In this document: positions 1-10,017 of the stretch, in pieces
Position numbering within the stretch: position 1 is the stretch's first letter
How the letters are laid out: the number at the start of each line of letters is the position of its first letter
Assembly (NCBI GenBank): GCA_000004985.1
Contig: GG738931.1
Direction: 5' to 3' (one strand)
DNA from: Naegleria gruberi
Taxonomy: Eukaryota
DNA: 64,000 nt
Position numbers and translations under genes: made by a program
Notes under the pieces: generated by a model
Seen by the model: only the letters and a program-made list of their open reading frames with translations
What the model was told of the DNA's origin: nothing
The model's database searches: none

Positions 1-323
1 ACTCCCACTTGCAATCCATCCACTGATTGTCTCCACAATTTTGAAACCAAACAACAACACTCCTGGAGTGTAGTATTATCCAAGAATTGATAAATATGAG
101 ACAAAACATCGGAATTCAATCGATCAGAAGAAGCCTTCTTCCGATTAAAATCCAATTGTTTTAAAAATTCGTGAATATTACCAATAAATTCATCAATCAT
201 TCCATTGTTATACATAAAGTAACAACTATCCGCTAACTTCACCTTATTTACCAAGGAAATTAATTGCGAATTCACTGTCGTCATTTCATTATATAAAACC
301 GTTTCAATATTTTCATCATACAT
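1..323 (-). CDS. partial F-box-like protein (N-terminal portion; C-terminus lies beyond the window start)
   Basis: The minus-strand frame reads MYDENIETVLYNEMTTVNSQLISLVNKVKLADSCYF...DRLNSDVLSHIYQFLDNTTLQECCCLVSKLWRQSVDGLQVG and runs off coordinate 1. LNSDVLSHIYQFL...CLVSKLW matches the F-box consensus LPxEIL..IF..L....C..VCK.W. The ATG is the reverse complement of about 321-323. It is absent from the ORF track because the frame is open at the window edge. Confidence 0.35.
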   Translation of the reverse strand, partial: MYDENIETVLYNEMTTVNSQLISLVNKVKLADSCYFMYNNGMIDEFIGNIHEFLKQLDFNRKKASSDRLNSDVLSHIYQFLDNTTLQECCCLVSKLWRQSVDGLQVG

Positions 324-457
324 TTTTACATCATCATCATGATGATGAAAAGCATCCCCGTATTTTAATTTATTTTTACAATAAAAATATTAAGGGATTC
401 AATATTTAATATTTTTAAGAAAGATACGTATTCTCTACTAATCAGGTAATTTGCAAA

Positions 458-1435
458 TTATTGATTAACCAATCTTGCATAAATGTGAACTTCTCCACTG
501 GTTTGTCCGCCACTTGGCAAGGAGTCACTGTCGTGAGCTTGTCTCACTCCAAAGCTTCTGGCAGGACAGAATGGGTTAAAAACTTTGTCTGTAATGCCAA
601 TTCCTGCGATTTCTGCACTTCCTGGAAAGTTTAGAGTATCAACTCCGTAATCGGAGCTATTCCATTGATAGGAAAAGAAACCTCCGATTCTTGCTTTGAA
701 AGTTTCGGGATATTTGTTGGAATATGCATTGATTTTCCAATAAGGAGACTTTGGAACCATAAAATTGGCCATTTCAAAGCCACTTGCCAAAGATAGAGGA
801 TCTTGACCTTTCCTTAAATGGGCAATTTCTGTCTTGTTGGATTGGAAACGTTCTAGCATGGTTTTTGCTTCTTTGAGAACTAGATGAGCTTGTCCATTTG
901 GAGTTACCAATAGTAATTCATTGACTTGCATCAAATTGAATTCTGGATATTTAGCCGAAAGTCCTTCGAACAGATCATTTCTTTTATCACTGTTCAAAGT
1001 TGATCCAGTTGTCCAATGAATACTATCATACCCCATATCAGTACCTGCACACTTCATAATCAAAATCCAATCAGAGTTCAAATACGGTTTCGTCAAGTTT
1101 CTAACAACATATTCCATTGCATTCTGAATCGATTCGTTTTGCTTGAAAAATGTAATTTTACATTCCTGATCTTCCTTCTTACACAAATTAACCATCTCAT
1201 GATTCTGTCTCATAACAACCAACTTTCCAGCACTTCCAACCGAAATAATTTCTCTCGCCTCTTCCAAAGAATTCTTGAAAATTGACCCTGTAATACTTGC
1301 AGAGTGGAAGAAAGCAGGCGAATCTTGAGCGCTGAGAGCAAGTTTTGCCTCCGTATCTGAAACAATGATCAATGAAAGAACCATATGGGAATTCTCACCA
1401 TGGATTGGAATTTTACAAAACTCTTGTGGTAACAT
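458..1435 (-). CDS. hypothetical soluble protein (325 aa), function not recognised
   Basis: A long ORF with an ATG at 1433-1435. Composition is ordinary, with no transmembrane segments and no confident family motif. The opposite-strand ORFs 1016..1285 and 1365..1610 are shadow ORFs. Confidence 0.5.
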   Translation of the reverse strand: MLPQEFCKIPIHGENSHMVLSLIIVSDTEAKLALSAQDSPAFFHSASITGSIFKNSLEEAREIISVGSAGKLVVMRQNHEMVNLCKKEDQECKITFFKQNESIQNAMEYVVRNLTKPYLNSDWILIMKCAGTDMGYDSIHWTTGSTLNSDKRNDLFEGLSAKYPEFNLMQVNELLLVTPNGQAHLVLKEAKTMLERFQSNKTEIAHLRKGQDPLSLASGFEMANFMVPKSPYWKINAYSNKYPETFKARIGGFFSYQWNSSDYGVDTLNFPGSAEIAGIGITDKVFNPFCPARSFGVRQAHDSDSLPSGGQTSGEVHIYARLVNQ

Positions 1436-1583
1436 TTTTTTTAATTGTTTCTTGGACTTGCAAACAAACTTTCAAACTTTAATTGTTTTTCAAAAAACTC
1501 ATTTGGGCTTTATTGACATTTCACTGAAAATCACGTTTCAAAAAAGGATCACGTTTCGTTTATTGTGTAATCTTATCAATATA

Positions 1584-4500
1584 TTACACTCCAGTCGAGG
1601 AAGAAGCTGAATAATCCTTTTCCTTCTTCCTCTTTTTATACAGTAATGCAACACTCACACCAATGACAATTCCAACAACGAAGAAAATTAATGAAGAAGC
1701 AATGACTGAAACTAGAACTGCAATAATAACAGTGGAATCGTTTGAGGTTTGATCTTGTTTGGGTTGGATGGTGGTGCTTGGTGAATTTTGTTTCTTAATG
1801 TTAATGTCAATGACTGAGAAGGTGGTCAAGTGAGTGGTGAGACATTGAATGGAAACTTGGAATTGATTATTCGAAACTCGTTGAATGAAAGAAAAGAGAG
1901 TAGAAACACCAGTATCACTCCATGAATTGATGTTTGCATCAAAGAACATGCAAGTAAAGTTTCTAATGCTTTCGTTCGAATCTGCTTCAATTGAAATATT
2001 GGCAAAATTAATGATAATTGGATTTGCCAAATTCGAAACTTGGAATTTAGAACCGTCATCTTTGAGGAATGAGACAGAAACTACATCACTGTTGATGGCT
2101 CCAATTTTTTGCTTGGCACTCGTCTTGTTTTGGACTGTTGCAATGATTGTTAAATCTTGAGAAGTGGAAAGTGAACTAATGTCTGATGGAAATTTGACAG
2201 AAACTGAACTATACTTGTGGAAATGCAATTCTTCTGCATCTAGTTCAGTAAGATCAGTCACTGCTCTCTTAATTAATTCCACATCATCTGATTGAGTAGT
2301 TGTGCTACATGTCACATTTCCATTTATAACGTCAACCACAGAAACACAAACTCTATTCGAACAATTCTTTCCAAACCATCCTTCATTACAAAGGCATGAA
2401 TCTGGAGCTGGACATTTTCCATTTCCAGAACATACATTCAAATCAGATGATAACAATGAATAACAAACTGGAATTTCACAATTTGCTCCAACGTATCCAT
2501 CTTGACATTGACAATTATCTTTTGACATGCATTCACCATGTTGGCTACAAACATTTGAATCGTTGAATAACATTCCATAGCAAGTATGATTCTTGGTTTG
2601 ACATTCGTTTCCAATAAATCCTTCACTACATAAACATTGATTTGTGGAATTACACACTCCGTGTCCAGAACAAACTAATGAACTAGTAAATAAAGTTCCA
2701 AAACATTCGAATTGACTACAATCGTTTCCAGAGTATCCATTGGAGCAGGAACAAGTATTTGGAGCACTGCAACTGCCATGTCCAGAACAAACTGCAGAAT
2801 TACTTGGAACAATATCAAAGCATTTGAATGAACTGCAATCACTTCCACTGTATCCAGTTTCACATGAGCAATTATTTGATGAGAGACAATTACCATGTCC
2901 AGAACAAACTACGGAATCATTGAATAATAATCCGTAACAAGTAATTGGAGGTGTAGGTTGTGGAGGTGGATTTTGACATGAAGAGCCAGTGTATCCTTCG
3001 CTGCATAAGCATTGGTTTGAGGAGTTGCATGATCCATGTCCAGAACAAACTGTGGAATCATTAAATAAAATTCCAAAACAAGTAATTGGTGGAGGTTGCA
3101 CAATAAATTCACATGAAGATCCATAATATCCAGTGGCACAAGTACAATTATCCTTGGACACGCATTGGCCATGTCCAGAACATACACTTGTCGATTCGTT
3201 GGCCAAAACTCCAAAACAAGTCAGTGGAGGAATTGGAGCATTCTGACAATTACTTCCAGAGTAACCAACACTACACGTACAATTATCAGTCGCAATACAG
3301 TTTCCAAATCCAGAGCAAACACTGGAATCATTAAAATTCACACCAAAACAAGTATAATTCAATGGAATGACAATAGTGGACTCACAATTATCTCCATAAA
3401 ACCCATTGTAACATGAACAATTATTCTTGGAAATGCAATCACCATGAGAAGAACAAACCAAAGAAGAGTTGAAATGAATACCAAAACAGGAATGGTTTCG
3501 TGTTTCACACATGGAGCCAATGAATCCCTCATTACAAGAGCATTGATCAGTGACATTACATTGTCCATTTCCAGAACACACCAGTGAGTTATTGGCAAGA
3601 TATCCAAAACATGAGATTGGATATTCAGGTTGTAAAATTTGTTTGATTCTCTTGATGGTGCAACCCTCTGCATAGAGAATATCACCATTTGCATTCAAAT
3701 ACAAAGACTTGGCTTGATTGATGAATGAAGTGTTGGTTTGTGTGGAGTTATCATATAAGGTAATTGTAGAAATTAAATTGTCATTCAAAGTTACACGTCT
3801 AATTCTTGATTGTTCAGAAATAATGAGCTCTCCATTTTGAGTTAATAAAATACTGTTTGGAGAATCAATGGTTGCATTGATTGCAAGACCTCCATCAGAA
3901 ACTGATCCTAAATTCGATCCAGTTCCAGCAATAATTGTCAAAACTCCATTCGAATCTAACTTTTTGACAGTATGAGTCGATTTTTCACTAAAATAAATAT
4001 CCAAGTTATTGAGGTTGACGGTCAGATCCGAAATTATTACACCCATAGATCGATACAAGGTTACAATGGTTCCATTATTTGCAAATACCTTACTAATCTT
4101 TCCAGTGCTGGCAATTAGCAAATCGTCGTTAGGTAAAACAAAGAGAGATGTTGGATTGGCAAGAACTGCATTCAAGGCAGATCCTCCATCATTGTCAGAA
4201 CCTGTTGGATTACCATTACCAGCATAATCAAAAGTCATTCCACCAACTACCTTTCTAATACGATGGTTATTCGAATCCGCAATAAATAATTCATTTCTAG
4301 AGTTGAAAGCCAACTTGTTTGGTGAATTGAAAAGAGTTGAATTTCTCAAAGTGTAATTTCCACTATAACCAACCAAACCAGTACCAGCATAAATGTCAAA
4401 ATTTGAATTACCAGATCTAATTGTGGAGTAATCGGAAATGTACAAGCTTCCATCCATTCCAAATGTGAAACTGTTGAGGGAGGAGCTAAATCTCACCAAT

Positions 4501-5672
4501 GAAGATGGAACAGCATTAGAATACAAGGTTTTCGAGTTGATTATTCCACCACTCACATTTCTAATTCTTCCATTATCAGTATCTGAAATTAGAAACATGT
4601 TATTTGCTTCATCATGAAACAAATCACTTGGATTATTCAAAAGAGCTGATGTGGCACTTCCTCCATCTCCAGAAAATCCCTTAGTCATTGCTGTTCCTGC
4701 AATTGTGTAAATCTTATCACCAGTTGCATATCTCAATAAGTGATTTCCTGATTCGACAATGTATAAAGTAGTTTCGGCAGCATTTAAGAAAATTCCAGTT
4801 GGAACGCTCATTTTCTGATCTGAAATCTTGAGACCATCTGCTGTGTAACCATCTCCCTTACTACCAGCAAAATTCTTTGGTTTTCCGTCTTTAATTTGCA
4901 TCAAGGAAACCATATTCTTCATGTCATCTGACAAGTAAACATCACCGGTCGAGGAAGGGAATACTCTCGAGCTATAACCAACAGGATCTGTTCCAGTACC
5001 TGTGCAACTGTATGGAACTGTAAATGTTTTGGTAATTTGACTTGAGGAAATGTTCAATTCTCTAATGATACAATTTCCATAATCGAGAAAGGTCATAGTT
5101 GTGGCAGAAGTGAATCTGATACTTCTTGGAATGCTCAATCTCATGGATAGAGCATTTCCTGTGTTTCCATCGAAACCTTGAACTCCAGTTCCCGCCACGG
5201 TTGAAACAATTCCTGAACTGGCCGAAATCTTTCTAATACAATGGTTCCAATCGTCAGTAAAGAAAACATCACCATTTGATGAGTCGACAATGACACTAGT
5301 TGGTCCATTGATCTTGGCATTGACTGCTAAAGACCCATCTCCTGAATAACCTCTTCTCAATTCTGATCCACCAATCAAATCTACGAGTTGACCAGAAGCT
5401 GTTATTTTGCTAACGGCATTTCTCTCCAAATCGGTAAAGAAAACCTCCTGGGTAGAAGGAACCCAGAAGAGACCCACAGGTTTACCAACTCTTGTTCTCC
5501 ATTGAGCTAAATAGTTGGCACATTGAGATGAGTCACCTGCCAAAGTCTCTACTAAATAATTACTTGTTCTGAGCCATCTATTGGGTGGAAATTGTTGAGC
5601 TCTTGTTTGTTGGTGAGATATCAAGAGGCACATTACCCAAATAATTGCCAAAAACAAGTTGTTATTGTTCAT
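1584..5672 (-). CDS. large type-I membrane protein with NHL-type repeats followed by about 13 tandem EGF-like Cys-rich modules, one C-terminal TM helix and a short basic tail
   Basis: The ORF 1584..5936 is trimmed to the first ATG at about 5670-5672 (MNNNNLFLAIIWVMCLLISHQQTRAQQ, a signal peptide). The upstream in-frame stretch is AT-rich 5'UTR read-through. NHL-like repeats follow (YSGDG..A.N.P..V..D..GDVFFTD..NH.IRKI). Then come repeated modules of the form CFG..FN.S.VCSGHG.C...N.C.C..GY.G..C. The C-terminus has a TM helix (IIAVLVSVIASSLIFFVVGIVIGVSVALL) followed by YKKRKKEKD. Confidence 0.8.
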   Translation of the reverse strand: MNNNNLFLAIIWVMCLLISHQQTRAQQFPPNRWLRTSNYLVETLAGDSSQCANYLAQWRTRVGKPVGLFWVPSTQEVFFTDLERNAVSKITASGQLVDLIGGSELRRGYSGDGSLAVNAKINGPTSVIVDSSNGDVFFTDDWNHCIRKISASSGIVSTVAGTGVQGFDGNTGNALSMRLSIPRSIRFTSATTMTFLDYGNCIIRELNISSSQITKTFTVPYSCTGTGTDPVGYSSRVFPSSTGDVYLSDDMKNMVSLMQIKDGKPKNFAGSKGDGYTADGLKISDQKMSVPTGIFLNAAETTLYIVESGNHLLRYATGDKIYTIAGTAMTKGFSGDGGSATSALLNNPSDLFHDEANNMFLISDTDNGRIRNVSGGIINSKTLYSNAVPSSLVRFSSSLNSFTFGMDGSLYISDYSTIRSGNSNFDIYAGTGLVGYSGNYTLRNSTLFNSPNKLAFNSRNELFIADSNNHRIRKVVGGMTFDYAGNGNPTGSDNDGGSALNAVLANPTSLFVLPNDDLLIASTGKISKVFANNGTIVTLYRSMGVIISDLTVNLNNLDIYFSEKSTHTVKKLDSNGVLTIIAGTGSNLGSVSDGGLAINATIDSPNSILLTQNGELIISEQSRIRRVTLNDNLISTITLYDNSTQTNTSFINQAKSLYLNANGDILYAEGCTIKRIKQILQPEYPISCFGYLANNSLVCSGNGQCNVTDQCSCNEGFIGSMCETRNHSCFGIHFNSSLVCSSHGDCISKNNCSCYNGFYGDNCESTIVIPLNYTCFGVNFNDSSVCSGFGNCIATDNCTCSVGYSGSNCQNAPIPPLTCFGVLANESTSVCSGHGQCVSKDNCTCATGYYGSSCEFIVQPPPITCFGILFNDSTVCSGHGSCNSSNQCLCSEGYTGSSCQNPPPQPTPPITCYGLLFNDSVVCSGHGNCLSSNNCSCETGYSGSDCSSFKCFDIVPSNSAVCSGHGSCSAPNTCSCSNGYSGNDCSQFECFGTLFTSSLVCSGHGVCNSTNQCLCSEGFIGNECQTKNHTCYGMLFNDSNVCSQHGECMSKDNCQCQDGYVGANCEIPVCYSLLSSDLNVCSGNGKCPAPDSCLCNEGWFGKNCSNRVCVSVVDVINGNVTCSTTTQSDDVELIKRAVTDLTELDAEELHFHKYSSVSVKFPSDISSLSTSQDLTIIATVQNKTSAKQKIGAINSDVVSVSFLKDDGSKFQVSNLANPIIINFANISIEADSNESIRNFTCMFFDANINSWSDTGVSTLFSFIQRVSNNQFQVSIQCLTTHLTTFSVIDINIKKQNSPSTTIQPKQDQTSNDSTVIIAVLVSVIASSLIFFVVGIVIGVSVALLYKKRKKEKDYSASSSTGV
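2340..3700 (-). repeat. tandem array of about 100-120 bp coding repeat units (EGF-like modules) inside the NHL-EGF gene
   Basis: Periodic recurrence of tgttctggacatgg.../ccatgtccagaaca... motifs, which encode CSGHG. The recurrence is visible in the DNA and in the repeated protein modules. Confidence 0.5.
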
Positions 5673-6026
5673 ACTGTTGTTGTTGTGTTGTTTTTTCTTA
5701 ATAATTGTAGTTGTATGGAGCTGAAATGAATAGGGTCTATAAATCAAAAATTGGTGGACCTCAGATCTTCCCATTCCTTCATGGTTAGACCAGTACTTTC
5801 TAAAATGGATTTTTGTATATTCGATCTCCAAAAATATAAGTCCATGGCAAAATGAAAAGTTGTAATGAAATTGGCGGGTTGAAATCAAAAAATACTTGTT
5901 TAGAATATCATACAATTGTAGACAATTAAAATCCAAGTTTAGTTAGTCTTCATCTATCTTACAATATAAAGGTGACAATGTCTAGAAGTGGAAACCATAA
6001 ATGTTATATTTAGTGTTAATCAGTAA

Positions 6027-6977
6027 CTAGAATGAAGTGGTTGTATAATAAGTGATCATGCATCGTTCCCTTGTCTTGTGACTAGCACTCCATAAAACAT
6101 ATTGTACTGCCAATAATACAAATGAAAGTAGACCAATATTGAGGAAGAAGAGTGCAGTTACTAGAATACACAATGTAATGCAAATGAGATAACAAGTGAA
6201 TAATCGGAGAATCCAATCTCTGTGCTTGGTGAAAAAGCTCTTCATTCTTCCACTTCTGCTACTATTGTTATCTGCACTTGTTGCTGCTGCTGTTGTGGAT
6301 TGATCTGGTGCACTGTACATGGTTGTAATAAAACAGAAAATTCCCAACACGGTTACTGCAAGGATAGCAAAAAAGTATCCAACTCGTGTGCCAGCTGATG
6401 CATGAAGAGGAGAATCTATTGATGATGATGAAGAAGCAGCACCAGATCCCAAACTATTAAATTTTCTACTCGAAATTCCGAACATTCTAAAATCATATCC
6501 ATTCGGAAAGATAATTTCCAAAAAATCAAATAATAATATTAATCCTGATAATATTAAATGTAAAATTAAAAGAGCAATACAGGACCATACAGAAATCTTA
6601 TTCTGTCCCGTAACTCTATACAATAAATAGGGATTTTGGAAGAGACTTTGATTTCGTTCTTCTTCAACTTGAATGTGTCTTTCCAATGCTGATTGTCCTT
6701 CTTGAGAATCTAACATGTGTTTTCTATCAAAGAAACAATTTCTACTTCCCAAGTGTGTTGTTTTCATATCTGGTGTACGATATTCAAAAGGAACACTCCA
6801 CTGAGGAATTAAAGGTTGTGTCGGATCATCGGATTGATTAATTGTATGTGTTCTGATCACCATGTAGGTTGGATGTAATTTATAACTCATGCGAGAACGT
6901 AATTTTTCAAGACGATCACCACCATCAGTGGTGTCTTGTTGTTGTACAACATCCTGCAACTCTCTATCATCAGACAT
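6027..6977 (-). CDS. hypothetical multi-pass membrane protein (316 aa, about 4 predicted TM helices)
   Basis: The ORF has an ATG start (MSDDRELQD). Hydrophobic segments include ISVWSCIALLILHLILSGLILLF, YFFAILAVTVLGIFCFITTMY and ILRLFTCYLICITLCILVTALFFLNIGLLSFVLLAV. Confidence 0.55.
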   Translation of the reverse strand: MSDDRELQDVVQQQDTTDGGDRLEKLRSRMSYKLHPTYMVIRTHTINQSDDPTQPLIPQWSVPFEYRTPDMKTTHLGSRNCFFDRKHMLDSQEGQSALERHIQVEEERNQSLFQNPYLLYRVTGQNKISVWSCIALLILHLILSGLILLFDFLEIIFPNGYDFRMFGISSRKFNSLGSGAASSSSSIDSPLHASAGTRVGYFFAILAVTVLGIFCFITTMYSAPDQSTTAAATSADNNSSRSGRMKSFFTKHRDWILRLFTCYLICITLCILVTALFFLNIGLLSFVLLAVQYVLWSASHKTRERCMITYYTTTSF

Positions 6978-7475
6978 TTTTTATTATTTATATTTTTAAT
7001 ATTTTATGATGATAGAAGCCCGATTGTCATGTTTGATATTAGAGTTTTCATAATTTGAATACTATCATTAGATTGTGATAACCAGGTTAGTACCTTTTGA
7101 ATATATTATATTTGATATAATAATCGCGCCAATTTTCTTTACAGATGAAACTATTCATCCATGATGAACCCAAAATTGAAACTCTTCCTTCTAAATTCCT
7201 TCATCTCCTCAATCCAAGAATGAACGAAAGGAAATGCTGATGCAAAAGGAATTATTGTTTCTTAGCTTGATAGTTGATTCAATCTCGTCATGCTGGCAAT
7301 GAAATCAATTCTAACGAAAAAAAGGAACAAAATATATTACTATCCATTCATCATATATAAATCCAAATAATCTTGCCTTCTTAATTGTTCATACTAATAG
7401 CATTAGTAAAGGTTTTTCCGTGTAACTTTACAATCAAAGGAACAAGAAACAAGAAACAACAACATCATCATCATC

Positions 7476-8312
7476 ATGACAAGTGTTCTACCCGAACTCG
7501 AGGGCTCGATGAGTATCAAGGAGAGAAGACAATTACTTTTACAGAAGGGACTTGCTATTGCACAAGAGCAACCACAACAAGAACAATCAAAGCCTTCCTC
7601 TTCTTCTACAACAAAAACTCTTGGACGTTCTTCATCAATTCATAAAGTCAATGCTCCTGTTCTAACACCTTCATCATCATCATCCAATAATAACAATGAT
7701 TTAATAACCTCTAATACTGCTAATAATACTTCTAATAATAATGAAAGTTTTTCAAGTATAAAGGACAGAATTAAACTATTAGATAAGAAGCCTTCTTCCA
7801 TTCCAACCGAACAAGCAACAACTACAAATCCACCACCAATACAACAAACGTTTATTCCAACTCCTTCATCAGCATCATCATTTGTAATTCCTCAACCTCC
7901 TCCTTCTCTTCCTTCCACCAATAATAATACTAATACTACAAATAATAATTTAAATACAATTAAAACAACCAATACTACTGGTGCTGTTGGTGCTTCAATT
8001 ATTAATCAACAACCTTTCATTCCTCCACCTCCTTCCTCTCTCTTTTCCTTTGATAAAATCAAGGAATTGCATCGTGATGAATATGAAGAATTTGAATATC
8101 AATTAAAACAAACAGAATTGGAATTAGAAGCTTCTAATCCAAATATTCAACAATATGCACAACAAGGAGATGAAGAAGAACATGAACAAATCCCTCCTCC
8201 AACAAGTTTCCAATTAGATGGAAAAAATAGGAAGACTTTGATCAACGTTGGTGCTTCTTCTTCTCATCCTCCAATAAGTGCTAAGAGTGCTGAGAGTGGT
8301 GGTGTTGTGTAA
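7476..8312 (+). CDS. low-complexity S/N/T/P-rich hypothetical protein
   Basis: The ATG is at 7476, preceded by A-rich leader aacaagaaacaagaaacaacaacatcatcatcatc. The protein carries N-rich and S-rich tracts and a conserved-looking acidic C-terminal segment (KELHRDEYEEFEYQLKQTELELE). Confidence 0.5.
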   Translation: MTSVLPELEGSMSIKERRQLLLQKGLAIAQEQPQQEQSKPSSSSTTKTLGRSSSIHKVNAPVLTPSSSSSNNNNDLITSNTANNTSNNNESFSSIKDRIKLLDKKPSSIPTEQATTTNPPPIQQTFIPTPSSASSFVIPQPPPSLPSTNNNTNTTNNNLNTIKTTNTTGAVGASIINQQPFIPPPPSSLFSFDKIKELHRDEYEEFEYQLKQTELELEASNPNIQQYAQQGDEEEHEQIPPPTSFQLDGKNRKTLINVGASSSHPPISAKSAESGGVV

Positions 8313-8415
8313 TTAATAATTCATCTTGTTCTGCTATTGGAAAGGAAAAGGGTCTTCCTCCGACCATCACGAATCGAAATAATCAAATTAATAATCAACT
8401 TATAATAATAATAAT

Positions 8416-9426
8416 ATGGTAATTAGTAATAATCATATGATGATGATGAAGGAAAGGAATGTATCACCTCCTTCCTCAATGACACCTTTAACAAGTATTA
8501 GTAATAATGCTGGAAATTTGCAAACATCTCCTAGTAATCAAATATATCATTATCCAATTAAAGTACAAACTAATAATAATAATGGAAAATCTGATGAAGT
8601 GCAGTATCCATCAGCTCCTTCATTTGATGAAATTGATTTTCCAGAATATCAAATTGTAAATAATGTGCAAATGCAAACCATGACGAGCAACATTTTCAAA
8701 CCAATTATAGATTCTCTTTCGGAAGTTTCAGAAGAGGAGGATTATAGAATGTTTTCTCAATTTAAAGAGTTTATTAATTCTCAACGTGGTCCAGTAATGA
8801 ATGAGGAAAAATTGTACAGTTTGTACATTTCATTCAGGGAAAGGTATCAACAACAAGCAAATGTGAATAATGTGAAAAATAGCAAACAACAATCACCTAC
8901 TGTTGTACTTGTAAATAAGAGTCGGGTTCCATCATCTGGTAATGCTACAAAGGCAAAACCTACAATTGTAAATCCAAATTCTCCAACTGTCAGCACGACA
9001 AGTAGTACCAGCAGTACCAACAGTTCAGGAAGCAATTCTGAAAAGAGGAGAGATGGATTGAGAGATGTCAGAAAGAAATACGAAGAACAGAAACTGGAAG
9101 AAATGAGAATTAAACAAATGAAGGAGAGAAATAAGGCACACTTTGCTCAGGAAATGCAACAACCATGTATGGATTATAATGCCTTGGTGATGCGTGAAAA
9201 TACCATGTATAATGTGCCATCGAATCAACAAATGGGTGCAAGTACCAATTCGTATCCAATCGTTAATAATCCAAACGACGTAATTTCGAATGGAACGTAC
9301 ATTCCTTTCAAAGCTTCTCATCCTCAACAATCGAATAGTCATATTACTTCGAGGGCAATTAGTAATTCAACTGGAGCTGGCTATCTCAATTATAACAATA
9401 ATAATTATTGGCCAAATAATAAATAG
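8416..9426 (+). CDS. low-complexity N/S/T-rich hypothetical protein. It may be a downstream exon of the 7476 gene.
   Basis: ATG at 8416. An in-frame join with the upstream ORF is possible through GT|GTAATT...AATTAG|T, spanning about 8307..8423. See the findings. Confidence 0.45.
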   Translation: MVISNNHMMMMKERNVSPPSSMTPLTSISNNAGNLQTSPSNQIYHYPIKVQTNNNNGKSDEVQYPSAPSFDEIDFPEYQIVNNVQMQTMTSNIFKPIIDSLSEVSEEEDYRMFSQFKEFINSQRGPVMNEEKLYSLYISFRERYQQQANVNNVKNSKQQSPTVVLVNKSRVPSSGNATKAKPTIVNPNSPTVSTTSSTSSTNSSGSNSEKRRDGLRDVRKKYEEQKLEEMRIKQMKERNKAHFAQEMQQPCMDYNALVMRENTMYNVPSNQQMGASTNSYPIVNNPNDVISNGTYIPFKASHPQQSNSHITSRAISNSTGAGYLNYNNNNYWPNNK

Positions 9427-9657
9427 AGTGACTGCTCGCTATTAAATTTTGTAAATACTTCAAATTTGGACATGTACATTTAGAGATGGCTGCCTTACTT
9501 TGGTCAACATCACCAAAACAATTATAGACTTTTTTCATTTTAATTATATTACCAAATGAATAAATTACTATTATGAAGGTTATAAAAAGCTGCAACTTTC
9601 ATCAATATTAAAATCCAACCAAATAAGAAAAAAACAAACAAACAAAACAATAACAAA

Positions 9658-9945
9658 ATGGATAACAGAAACACTTTCCAAAAGGGCTACGACGAAACAA
9701 AGGATCAACTCAAAACAAGAAAAGATGCCATCTCTGAATCACTCACCTACTCTGATCAAAAGGAAAATACTGGAGAAAAGGTAGCCGATGCCATGGTCAG
9801 ACCAAAGGAAGATGTTAAGGCTCAAACATGGTCTGAATCAGCAAAGAACATGGGTATTTCAGCTTTCAACACTGTCAAGGAAACTGTTGACAGTGCCTAT
9901 GAATCTCTCACAGGATCAGGAGGAAGTTCAACTGAGAGAAAGTAA
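9658..9945 (+). CDS. small hydrophilic protein (95 aa), LEA-like or stress-protein-like in composition
   Basis: A clean ATG after an A-rich leader (aaaaacaaacaaacaaaacaataacaaaatg). The protein is charged and unstructured-looking (KDQLKTRKDAISESLTYSDQKENTGEKVADAMVRPKEDVKAQ). Confidence 0.45.
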   Translation: MDNRNTFQKGYDETKDQLKTRKDAISESLTYSDQKENTGEKVADAMVRPKEDVKAQTWSESAKNMGISAFNTVKETVDSAYESLTGSGGSSTERK

Positions 9946-10017
9946 ACATTGAATGTTACGACTGACATGGAACCAAAAGTATTTATTGTGAGATAATCTC
10001 ATTGTGAATTAATAAAA

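Noticed and set aside
2340-3700. Periodic about 100-bp repeats that might have suggested a CRISPR-like or satellite array.
   Set aside because: The repeats are in frame, encode EGF-like modules and are not separated by unique spacers of constant length. They are coding tandem repeats.
1016-4227. Many 60-110 aa ORFs on the opposite strand or in alternative frames inside the NHL-EGF gene (for example 1016..1285, 1885..2160, 2740..2937, 3113..3416, 4009..4227).
   Set aside because: They are shadow ORFs of a long, well-supported CDS. All are short, lack ATG context and lie inside a repetitive coding array.
5673-5936. N-terminal 88 residues of ORF 1584..5936 (MDFNCLQLYDILNKYF...).
   Set aside because: The sequence is AT-rich and has no signal peptide, while a perfect signal peptide starts at the internal ATG (MNNNNLFLAIIWVMCLL). 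The upstream stretch is treated as UTR.
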